DNA of 64,000 bases from Octopus vulgaris (lineage: Eukaryota). Positions within the stretch are counted from its first letter, which is position 1. Each line of letters opens with the position of its first letter. The DNA is taken from contig OX597834.1 of the NCBI GenBank assembly GCA_951406725.2, positions 30,752,001 to 30,816,000 on the forward strand, in the 5' to 3' direction. This document shows positions 50,511-62,018 of this stretch, one piece after another. A program made the position numbers and the translations under genes. The notes below the pieces were generated by a model that was not told the DNA's origin, did not search any database, and was given only the letters and a program-made list of their open reading frames with translations.

Positions 50511-53097
50511 CAAGTGGTTCAGTTACCATTTTCAGACAATGATTTACCACAGATTTTACAATAAAATGATTCCGCTCCTGTATGAATACATACCGTAAAT
50601 CCTCGAGTATAGTCCACCCCTGAGTATAATATGCAGGGGATTTTTAGGGGCTGTACCCCTGAAAAAACCTAAACCTTGTGTGTAATACGCACCCCTTCTC
50701 TAACTTGAGTCAAGGAGGTCTATATAATGTCCTTAGTTTGTAAAAATGTATACAGTTATCCCTCTCTCTCTTTCGGAGAGGCACAAGCACCTACACGCAC
50801 TTATACACACACGGCAGTAACTTCCGCCTGCCGAATTCAATCACAAAGCTTCGGTCGGCTCGGGGCTATAGCGGAAGACACCTACCCAAAGTGCCACGCA
50901 GTGGGACTGAACCCGAAACCATGTAGCTAGGAAGCAAGCTCCCTAACCACACAGCCATGCCCGCGATTATTATTGTACATATAACATAATGCAAACGTGT
51001 AGCTTTTTTGTGCATTTTGTTTGCAGAAAATAAAGAAATAACAGCAATAACGTTTAATAAGTGGGAATAAATAAGGATTTGACAGAATAATTTGGATGCT
51101 AAAGAGTTGTGGATCTTCTGGAGGAGAACTATGTTAAGGAAACATGTGCATCTATGGAATACCCAACCACTTAAATGTTAATACAGCAAAGAGGTAGAAG
51201 AACTGATCAAACAAATGAATGCTTGCTGATGTAAAGGATGAAAGAACTATGGTTGTGTGGTAAGATGTTTGCTTCCCAACCTCATGGCTCCAGGTTCAGT
51301 CCCACTCCGTGGCATCTTGAGCAAGTGTTTTTTATTGAAGCCCTGGATTGACCAAAGCCTTGTGAGCAGATTTAGTTGACAGAAACTGAAAGAGGCCTGT
51401 TCACACACACATACGTATATACTTACTGGTAGATTGGTGGGGCAAAATAAGTAATTTCTGATTTCTTATTTTCTTTCTGTTTGTTTGAAATCATTACATT
51501 GAAGTATTGCATTATCGTTTTGTACTGTTACATCATCTTCAGGAGTAAAAGTTAGTCAGGATAGTTGTTGTTGCCAAAGTCGAGGAGATCCGAAACAGTC
51601 AGGTGGTTTTCAAGAAGTTTCAAGATATTTTTCCTCAGCTTTGACCCAGTTGTAATTGAGGTTGCTAACAAAATAGTTGGATAATTTTTGGTATTTAACA
51701 ATCAATATTCTTTTCTCTGTTGGATTCTGAGTCAATTTTTCCACACACTAATCATCATCATTTAATGTCCATTGTCCATGCTGGCATGGGTTGGACAGTT
51801 TGATCAGGGCTGGTACGCTGGAAGGCTGCACCAGACTCCAGTCTGATTTGACATGGTTTTCCGAGAGTGTAATGGGTGCTTTTATGTGCCACCAGCATGG
51901 GTGCCATTTGCGTGACGCTGGTGTCTGCCATGACTGCGATTTTGCTTGGCTAGATGGGTCTTCTTCTCAAGCATGACATCATGCCAAAGGTTTTGGTCAT
52001 TACCTCTCTGAGGCCCAACGCTCAAAAGGAACTTGGCCACTTTGCCTCTGTGAGGCCCAATCATCATCATCGTTTAACGTCTGTTTTCCATGCTAGCATG
52101 GGTTGGACTGATCGACTGGGATCTGGGAAGCCAGAAGGCTGCACCAGGCTCCAGTCTGATCTGACAGTGTTTCTACAGCTGGATGCCCTTCCTAACACCA
52201 ACCACTCCATGAGTGTAGTACTCCTTGAAAGTAACTCAGCCACTTTGCCTCCATGAGGCCCAACACTCAAAAGGAACTCAGCCACTTTGTCTCCATGAGG
52301 CCCAATGCTCCAATAGTGCTCTTTACATGCCACTGGCATGGGTGCCAGTTATGTGACACCAATATCGGCCATGACTATGATTTCACTTGGCTTAACAGGT
52401 CTTCTCAAGCACAACAGACTCGTGTGTAATTTAATCATTCTCAAGTCTCAAAAAATTATGTCTAGCATGGGGTAAAATGAGTAATGACTAATTTCAATAA
52501 TTTCTTCTAACTGCATGGTGAGAACACTTCTGTAGATTGTGAAGAAGCTTTTGAGAATATTTTATGTTTTTTTTATTTAGTTGTGTTTATTAATTTCATT
52601 TCTCCTGATCCTCTTGTATTTGACCTAGATATTAAAATTTTTTTTAGCATTTCTGATCTTACTGATGTCTAGGGGTGGATATTGATGTGTATGAGCCTAT
52701 TTTCTGGAGAACTGAAGCAGAAAATTTAGATAATGTTACTCATTCTGCCCCAGCCAAATTTGTCTTTTATATATGCTCAAAGAACGGCAATAATTTTCAG
52801 AAATAATGATCAGATTATGTTATAATGCATTTAGGGAAGGCCATTTACTTAGCTGATGCAGTTTTTTAAGTATCACACTTAAAAAATAAAGTACTCTTCA
52901 AGGCGGCGCCCCAGCACCCAGCATGGTCGCGATCCAATGATTGAAACAAGTAAAAGATAAAAGGTATATAGTTATCGGTTTCAAATTTTGGCACAAGGCC
53001 AGCAAGATCGGGGGTGGTGGGTAAGTCGATTATATAGATCCCAGTCCTCAAATGGTAACTATTTTATCGACCTCGAAAGGATGAAAGCATGGTCGAC

Positions 53098-53315
53098 CTC
53101 GGCGGGAAGAGTTATATAGAAATCATTTAAACTGTTGCCCTTCCTTATTTCATTAAATTTTACGGTTGAACGGTTAGAGTCAAAATTATTACCCAATTCT
53201 CTTTAGCTCAGCGGGAAGAGTTATATAGAAATCATTTAAACTGTTGCCCTTCCTTATTTCATTAAATTTTACGGTTGAACGGTTAGAGTCAAAATTATTA
53301 CCCAATTCTCTTTAG
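53098..53315. repeat. 109-bp tandem duplication upstream of NSE4
   Basis: 53098-53206 and 53207-53315 differ at one base by eye. Confidence 0.9.
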
Positions 53316-53504
53316 TTTCGTTTTAAAATCTGGTGGACCCTGTTATTTTTCTTTTCGTTTTATCACTCTTGGGAAGATGTAAAAATAAACTGTAGGTCAG
53401 TATGGATAGAGTAGAGTATTCCTTTAAAAGGCGATATCATATAAAGTCCGATAAAGACCATAACTAAAATGAACTGGAATTTATATAATTCAATAAAAAA
53501 ATAA

Positions 53505-53513
53505 GGCGGGAAA
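53505..53513 (+). promoter_or_regulatory. Candidate E2F site upstream of NSE4
   Basis: GGCGGGAAA (reverse complement TTTCCCGCC) about 110 bp upstream of the ATG, with ACGCGT nearby. Motif match only. Confidence 0.4.
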
Positions 53514-53624
53514 AATAATAAAAACACGAGAATTATCTCCCTTGTAGGAACACTCTTCTGTCATAGTGGAAAACGCGTCTCTTCGTTCTTCGTTCGATGT
53601 CTTCATCTTTTTAACAGAAAGAAG

Positions 53625-54680
53625 ATGTTGTCAGGTGGTGGCAATCTAAATCTGTCGGGAGGGGATGCTAGCGACCTTGAAAAGCGTCAGATAAGACAAA
53701 ACTACCGGTCCTTGATTGAAGAACTCAACGCCAACAAAGAGGATCTTATCAACCCGTCTTCTGATGCTTTGGACGCTCAACTCAGCAAAGCTGAATTGTA
53801 TTCCAAACCTGTGTTTGGATCGACCAACATTCGAACGCGAGAAGCTGCTCTCGATTCTTACGCCCTCAACCTAATCTCTGGCCTCGGCAAACAGAAAGCT
53901 CAGGCCCTCAACACAGAGTTTATCAAGTTCCAACCGTTGGAGTATACCGACAAACTGAAGAACAGTCTAGGTTCGGAACACTTGGAGTCGCTCGATGGAG
54001 AACGTATGGTTGTGTCTCGATCCGGGTGGATCACCATGGGACAGGACTGTAGCTATTTGTTCGCCCGTTTCACTCCTCTGCATCTTTTATATGGTTCGTT
54101 TGATCCGGGGGTCGTTAAAATGCAGAGACACATCAACCGTAGACCACGAGACAAGGAAAATTCGTCGGAAAAGGCGACCGTTCCGAAACAGATATCGAAA
54201 TTTGGAGATATTGAAAAAAATGAAGCGACTACAGAGGAGGTAGAACGAGTTTTGAAATGTCTTCGGGATTACCACAACGCTGAAGGTAAAGAACCAATCT
54301 GCTATTTCCGTTTCGTTGTCAACCCGGATTCGTTCGGCCAAACGGTCGAAAACATCTTCCATGTTTCGTTTCTGGTGCGCGATGGACTTGCTAAAGTTTA
54401 CCTGGACGGAGACAATTTACCGGTCATCGAACCGGTGGGTTTGGAGGAGAATAAAAGCCAAGAAAGCACGAAGCGAACCCGTCAGTGTGTGATTTCCATA
54501 TCTCCGGCTGAATGGCGGGCAATTAAAAAAACCTTCGACCTCCGAACTGCTATGATACCATCAAGAGCGCCTCTTGAAACGAACAGATCCCAAATTACTG
54601 CTGCTACCATTCCTTCTCCTACCACATCATCGACCACAAAAACATCATCATCATCTGCGACAGGTAGAAGCAGAAGATAA
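53625..54680 (+). CDS. NSMCE4A: Non-SMC element 4 (NSE4/EID3 family kleisin of the SMC5/6 complex), single-exon ORF, 351 aa
   Basis: Longest ORF in the window, uninterrupted and CpG-rich. N-terminal RQIRQNYRSLI...REAALD and C-terminal PICYFRFVVNPDSFGQTVENIFHVSFLVRDG match the Nse4-EID and Nse4_C motifs; Ser/Thr-rich tail. Confidence 0.93.
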   Translation: MLSGGGNLNLSGGDASDLEKRQIRQNYRSLIEELNANKEDLINPSSDALDAQLSKAELYSKPVFGSTNIRTREAALDSYALNLISGLGKQKAQALNTEFIKFQPLEYTDKLKNSLGSEHLESLDGERMVVSRSGWITMGQDCSYLFARFTPLHLLYGSFDPGVVKMQRHINRRPRDKENSSEKATVPKQISKFGDIEKNEATTEEVERVLKCLRDYHNAEGKEPICYFRFVVNPDSFGQTVENIFHVSFLVRDGLAKVYLDGDNLPVIEPVGLEENKSQESTKRTRQCVISISPAEWRAIKKTFDLRTAMIPSRAPLETNRSQITAATIPSPTTSSTTKTSSSSATGRSRR

Positions 54681-57600
54681 TCACAAAAATTAGCATTAAC
54701 AGACTTCTTTTTTTTTTTGTATTATTGTTTTGTTTCTTTAATTTTTCAGTAGTGACATTTTATTAATGGGTCCAAAGACTGCACCTTAAACTCCTTTGCA
54801 AAAGGTTATGAACAGCTCTGTGTCCCACTGTTTCCCATCTTCTCCAAGATATTCTGAATTTTTAGGTGGGGCCTATACAAGAAGGACATCATTTGTTTTT
54901 TTTGGTCCGCTATAATTCAGAAACTGTTGCCGTTTTTCTGTTTATCATCATTCTTCTTTCTCTGGTTACAGCCACTGGACTGTGCATATATATATGCTAT
55001 GGCACTGCCTCCGAGGGTTTATCTTGTTTTTACTCAATTATATTAATTCCCAGTACTTTTATTTCATTCTGTCTGGTGTCTTTCTTTTTTTTTTTTTTTT
55101 TTTTTTAAATCAATATTTGTCGAACCGCTAGGCTATACGGGACAGACCTAAATGATAACGAGGATTTTGTGTTGGTCGGTGTAAACTTTAATTTCATCGA
55201 TTTCGGGAGGCCGAAAAAGACAAAATGTAGAGTAACAAGGCGTAAAAAGACAAGGAACTGAGACGGGCCAAAAGAAATTACCAGAAGACATTTCTATTCG
55301 ATGCCAATGTAAACATACACGCACGCACACGTTCATCTAACTCACTTCCGCAAATTTCCTTGTCGAATTCTTTGATTGAAGTGGGGTGTAGAAGACATCC
55401 ACGTGCTGAGAAGTGGGCTAGAACCCTCCCCCACGTCCTTTGCGAAGCGAACTACATCATACCAACTTTGTCCCAGGCTTGTTATTACTACGATGCAAGT
55501 TCAAATCCCACCTAGCTTATATAATAATCCTCCTTTCTTACGTATGTTTATAAAATAAGGTCACGAACAGGTGTCGATATAATTGATTTGTGTATTTGTA
55601 TAAAAAAAAGAACTCATTGTTGTTATTATGCGAGTTAAGGCGACGAGCAAGCAGAATCGTTAGCATGCCGGATAAGACGCTTAGTGATATTTCGTCCGGC
55701 TTCGCGTTCTGAGTTCAAATACCGCTGGGTTCGGCCTTGCCTTTCGTCCCTTTCAGTTGAATATTGGGGGGTCGATGTAATCGATCTTCTCCCTCTCTCG
55801 AAATTGCTGGCCTTGTTCCAAATTTTGAAACCGTTAAAAACGCGAGTTTAGAGCGGCGAGCTGGCAGAATAATTAGTATGCCAGCCAAAATGCTTGGCAG
55901 TATTTCTTCCGGCTCTTTATGTTCCGGGTTCGAAACCCGCCGAGGTCGACTTCGCCTTCCATCCCTCGAGGGTCGGTAAAGTAAATACTAATCCTGTCCT
56001 AGGGGGGTCAATGTAACCGACCCAAGCTCCCTGATTATAACGTGAGTTCAAATCATGCCAGGGCTCTCTACTCAGTGTTGTATCCTTCCGAAATCGATAA
56101 AATCATTGGACCTATCAAATTCTGTCGACTGTCGTCACCACTGTGGCCTTGTGTATTTGTTTAACAGTACCAACTTATGTAGAGTCGGTTCTGTGGGTGC
56201 TATACTATTTATTCATGGGTCGTTTTAGTTTCCTTGAGCCCACAAATAATTTCGTTATATTTCGATGATGGTTGGAGCTTCAGTTTTGGTATCAGGGCCC
56301 ATGAGCACATGTTTATGAAACAGCCTTGCCTACCTCAGACATTTATTGCAGGTGAGTGCCCTTAAACCCACCGCTGGTCTAATCTTATAGTTAACCCCCT
56401 CCTAGTGCCGCCCTTTCTAGAAAGGCATGCCATTCATCCATACCTCTGGAAATTTTTATTCTTGTACTCAAGTCTTCAAAAAAAAAAAATATTTTTATTA
56501 TATGGTGGCAAATTGATAGAATGATGGCGGACTTTTATTGATGTGGGCTTCAGATCTGAGTTCAAATCCAGCCAAAATAGATTTTACTTTTCATCCTTTC
56601 AGGTCAGGTGATCTGAAAATAAGCACCAGCCAAGTACTGAGGTTTGATATAATTGGCTATAAACCCTCAGATACATAATTTTTGGCCTTGTGCCAATGAA
56701 ATAAATTATTGTTATTATTGTTGTTTAGTTTATGTTTAAGAGAATATTATGTTGTTTGTAAAATTTATTGTCTACATGTGAACCATAAATACATTCATTA
56801 TATATACAAATATCCAAACATATATATCTATATATCTCCATCCGCATACACATATATCATATGACATAAATATAGCCTCATAACAACCAATTTATGTTAC
56901 CAATAGTTTCATATTGAGAAAAGATAAAACTAAAAGAGTTGAAGAATATCATGTCATCAGAGTTGAAAGGAAAATGCTGTCTTGCCTGATGATTGTAAAT
57001 TTGCCTCAACACTTTTCATTGGTTCTTCTGCATGAAACTATTCGATGACATAAATTGGCTTTTGTGAGTAGAAATTCATAGTACTGTATTATCTGATATA
57101 TGAGTGCCTGTTGTTTTTTTAATCACTTATGAAAACTCATTGGATAACTACACACACATACACATCTTTTTGTTCTCAATCTTTTAACTCCATGTGGAGC
57201 ATAGAGCACCAACAGAAAACCTATGTTCTCTTGTTGGTATTTCCATAACAATGTTGAAAATTTGATAAAGCAGGATGGCTGACCCAATGCTTGCCAACCT
57301 GTTTTCTTAATCCGGCTTGGGACTGACCATAGTAGAGTTATGTGTGTGTGTGTGTCATCATCATCATCACGGAGTACTGGCACTTGTGCCCCGTGCTAGT
57401 AGGGTGCTAAGAGCACCATCCGAGCGTGATCGTTGCCAGAGCGGCTAACTGGCTTCCATGCCGGTGGCATGTAGGAGGCACCATTCGAGCGGGATCATTA
57501 CCAGCATCGCTTTACTGGCACCTGTGCCGTAGGCATGTGTATAAAAATTCGAGCGAGGTCGTTGCCAGTACCACCTGACTGGCCCCTGTGCCGGTGGCAC

Positions 57601-58687
57601 GTAAAAGCACCCACTACACTCTCGGAGTGGTTGGCGTTAGGAAGGGCATCCAGCTGTAGAAACTCTGCCAGATCAAGACTGGAGCCTGGTGCAGCCATCT
57701 GGTTTGCCAGCCCACAGTCAAACCGTCCAACCCATGCTAGCAAGGAAAGCGGACGTTAAACGACGATGATGATGATGATGTGTGTGTAAATATATATGTA
57801 TATTTATATATATAGAAAAGAAAAAAGTAATAATAAGAAGAAGAAGGCAGCAGAATGCTAAGCTGAAAGCAAATTTTAATATAAATGGATGCAAGAAAAA
57901 TTAGCTGGTTTGAAATCCTTTTTAATCTTTCTTACACCCAATTGTATTAAAATTTGCTTTCAGTTTAGCATTCTGCCTTATTATTATTATTTTTTCCTTT
58001 CCTATCATTTCTCCACGTGTGGTTAACACAACCCCATCATTTACTGACATATATATATATGATATAATGTGTAAATACGTGCAGTTCTGTGTGTGGTAAT
58101 GTGTACAAATATGTATCATCATCATCATCACTTAACGTCTGCTGTCCATGCTGGCATGGGTTGGATGCTTATACTTGTAGGAGAAACAGGCAGTTTCAAA
58201 TTAAGTCCCTCCCCCACCTCATGAGAATGGAAAAGGTCACAAAAGTGGATGCAAAAATGTTTTTCAAAATCCCTCTTTTCCCCCAATATTGTAATTTGTA
58301 TCATATGAAACAAAAATACTGAAATATAGACAAGTCTACTATGCTTTTTTTTTTTCTTTCTTATATGGCACAGACGGCCTAATTTGGAACACCACTGGAG
58401 CATGTATACTGGTGTATGTATGCGTATATTATCTTTATAAGCCTGCTCCTGTCAAATCATCCAACCAATGACAGCATGCAAAATGGACGTTAAATCATGA
58501 TGATGATGATAATATACACATATAAAACTTGCATCCATATTTACAATATTTCTGTTCACAGTGATTTAAATGTTTCATTGAGAGTGTATGGCTTATTCAA
58601 GTTATGAAATGTCAGGACCAGATACAGGTTTGACACTTCATTGTCTGTCTATCTGTCTCTCACTCTGTGTGTATGTATATGTGTGTA

Positions 58688-58739
<52 letters not shown>

Positions 58740-59481
58740 ACCGCATGTGTACTGTTGGCGATTTTCTTTCTCTGTCTTCCCTTCCTTGGACCTTTCCTTT
58801 TTCTATGTTTCTGACGAAGAGCTCCACTCGGAATGTTAAATCCTCCTTCCATCTTTCCTTTCCTGAGCGTCCAATAATACTATACTTGTTCCATGTCCTC
58901 GTGTTGTGTTTTCTCTGTGTTCATGTTTGGATTAACTATATATATATATATATATATATGTACACACACACATAGCCTATTTCATCTTTCCTTGATGTAC
59001 CTCTTCTAATTTACTAAAGGCACTCTAAAGCTGTTGTAAGACTGCTGTATTATGATGTCCTAGGCTTACAGGTACCTCTCATACTGTCTTACTTGAAGAC
59101 ACTTGCTCTACAGCACACACACACACACACACACAGATTAATGAATGGTATTGTGAGTCAATTTAATGTTTATATGTATATCTGACTTTTTATATGTATA
59201 TATCTGTATATAAAAATAATCATTTAAAAAATGTAAATATGTATGCGTATGTATGTATATGTACACACACACACACATATATATATATAAATGTTCTTGT
59301 ATTCATGTTTCACCTCCAGACTCTCATATGAAGGATTCCCGCAATAAATTCTGTTCTCATACAACTTTCTGATTTCTGAATTTCAATATTTATTGTGGGC
59401 CTCTCTGGAACCCCTTTTATCATGGGTCTACAATAAATTGGAACATCGAATGGCTAGGAGGGTGCGAAAGGTTGTGAAACA

Positions 59482-59883
59482 CTCTCTTTTACTCTTTTAC
59501 TTGTTTCAGTCATTTGACTGCGGCCATGCTGGAGCACCGCCTTTAGTCGAGCAAATCGACCCCGGGACTTATTCTTTGTAAGCCCAGTACTTATTCTATC
59601 GGTCTCCTTTGCCGAACCCCTAGGTGACGGGGACGCAAACACACCAGCATCGGTTGTCAAGCAATGCTAGGGGGGCAAACACAGTCACACAAACATATAC
59701 ACACACACTTATATATATATATATATATATACGACCGGCTTCTTTCAGTTTCCGTCTACCAAATCCACTCACAAGGCATTGGTCGGCCCGGGGCTATAGC
59801 AGAAGACACTTGCTCAAGATGCCACGCAGTGGGACTGAACCCGGAACCATGCGGTTGGTTAGCAAGCTACTTACCACACAGCC
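59482..59883 (-). mobile_element. SINE family A
   Basis: Near full-length copy. Confidence 0.87.
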
Positions 59884-59914
59884 TTGTAAATGAAAAGATA
59901 TTTTTAGATGTTTT

Positions 59915-60310
59915 GCAAACAACTTGCACATGCAAGTGCTACCAGTCAAAAGCTTCGTATACCGGAAACCAGCAAGTGTATGGGGTCATCAGGAGAGAAT
60001 GCGCGCCATTTCAGGGCCTACCTCTTGACAGCATCAATGCGCACTGATATGAGGCCCCGCTTGCTAGATCAGCTGGTTATGAAGTTAAACTCAATATCCT
60101 TCTAGCCATCGCTCATCGTCTCTTTTTAACCAAATCTAGTGGCTAGCCTTCTCCACTGTAGATTGGATATCAGTCATGGTGGTATTGACTTTACGATGAG
60201 TTAGGCCTAGCGATAACAACAGTCGTCTCACGCTGTGTCCAACAAACCCTCTACATCCGACTTCGATAGGAAAATGTTCCGCTTTCCAGCCTGCAGATTG
60301 TTTTACTACC
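59915..60310 (-). mobile_element. HERO/NeSL-type non-LTR retrotransposon 3' fragment
   Basis: Reverse strand AGWKAEHFPIEVGCRGFVGHSVRRLLLSLGL...VEKASH*IWLKRDD, then a putative 3' UTR. Confidence 0.7.
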
Positions 60311-60727
60311 ATCGTCTGACTATGGATTCACAGAGAATACGAGACTGGCAGGCGAGCGAATGGTTGTCTCTAGCAACATGACAATCAGGTTCCAATGCCT
60401 GATAATGGTAAAAGAATTCTATTTATAGCTTGTCTGTCCACGAAAACAACAGCTTGCTTGACCATATCCAGTTCATCAGATGTCCAAGTTGTCATTTGTG
60501 TTTATTCAAATTTTTTTTTTTTTTGGTGACGTAATCAATATTTGGACGAATCACGTTTCCTCCTGATTCAGTGATTCCTGCTAGGGTCCAGATTGCCGAA
60601 ATCTCCACTCATCTCATTGGTCCTCAACATAAATCCTGATTGTTGAAACTTGGCAGTGCAATTTTGATTCCTAGGTGTCTGCGATTGCCAAAATATCATT
60701 GCTACAAGTACATTAACAGCATCAAGC

Positions 60728-61143
60728 GGATCTTTTCGGTTTGACCGGCAGTTTTTAACATAATTTCTAGGTAACTAAAAAAATTTAAACTTCGTATACT
60801 GGTAGAATGTGTTTATAAAACATCTTTTTCTCTTGACTTTATCGAGAAAATTCTATAGTTTGTAAGATATTTGTTGTTTTTTCTTCAATTTCTGCAATTT
60901 CAACCAATCAATGACGTGTATTGAGGTAAAAAAACATTCTGTGCCGTATGAATATGTCCGTCGTTTAAGAAAGAGATTGGGTTTATTTACATTTCTGAAG
61001 AAAAAAAGATACCCTTCCCCCCACTTCTAACCCTAACCCTAATATAGATTGAAATGCAATAGATCGATACTAGGGTCATAATTATGGGTGACAATTTCAT
61101 ATGACACCGCTAGAAAAAACTGCTGTTCAAACCGAAAAGATCC
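60728..61143. mobile_element. Second copy of the GGATC-terminus MITE
   Basis: Same TIRs and internal sequence; perfect 8-bp TSD CATCAAGC. Confidence 0.88.
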
Positions 61144-61499
61144 CATCAAGCTGTTAAGCTCATGGGCACTGGCTCGTTCCATCTGAGACTGCAATATAAG
61201 GAAAGTTTCTATTTTGTATACATTGATGAAGGCCGATGCAAGGGAGATAACTTCGCTTTTCTCGATAATTCTTTTTCAAGGCTTGCGCTCACACACAAAT
61301 CATCCGACAACGTCTTTTTGTCCATCCAGATTTCTCAATGCACCAGACACTATGTCCGAAAATAAAACGGAACGGTCAAAACTGGAAAGTTTCGGTTCAT
61401 AGGTATAGCCCCGGTCGGTCTGGGGCGAGACTACATGGTTGGGAAAACACGCTTGTTGACCACAACAACGACCAGGCAGATATGTCCGCGTCTATGATA

Positions 61500-62018
61500 A
61501 TAATAATTATTCTTTCTAATTCTGGTACAAGGCCTGCGATTTGGGGAGAGGGGACTAGTCGATTACATCGACCCCAGTGTTTTACTGGTACTTGATTTAT
61601 CGAACCCGAAAGGATGAAAGGTAAAGTCAAACTTGGCGGAATTTGAACTCAGAACGTAATGGCAGACGAAATACCTATTTCTTTACTACCCACAAGGAGC
61701 TAAACACAGAGAGGACAAACAAGGACAGACAAACGGATTAAGGCGATTATATCGACTCCAGAGCGTACCAGGTACTTATTTAATCGACCCCGAAAGGATG
61801 AAAGGCAAAGTCGACCTCGGCGGGATTTGAACTCAGAACGTAACGACAGACGAAATACCTATTTCTTTACTACCCACAAGGAGCTAAACACAGAGAGGAC
61901 AAACAAGGACAGATAAACGGATTAAGTCGATTATATCGACTCCAGTGCGTAACTGGTACTTAATTTATCGACCCTGAAAGGACGAAAGGCAAAGTCGACC
62001 TCGGCGGAATTTGAACTC
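61500..62018 (-). mobile_element. SINE family C trimer (chimeric tail types)
   Basis: Junctions GAAATACCTATTTC at 61668 and 61852 (period 184). Confidence 0.82.

Larger units (their letters stand above)
48990..50593 (-). pseudogene. Degenerate tandem C2H2 zinc-finger array interrupted by three mobile elements
   Basis: Removing the inserts gives CIHTGAESFYCKICGKSLSENGN*TT / CKHFHPG*KLHHCDI / DKSFSQ...RIHAGKKHYH / KHIHIGLKPYHCNIFSKSFSGNTVLITHLYIHTG / VLTTHKCIYTGVKFYH: TGEKPY-type linkers with stops and frameshifts. Confidence 0.8.

Noticed and set aside
39585-53624. Shared bidirectional promoter for the divergent CNK and NSE4 genes
   Set aside because: The start codons are 14 kb apart with many transposon insertions between them.
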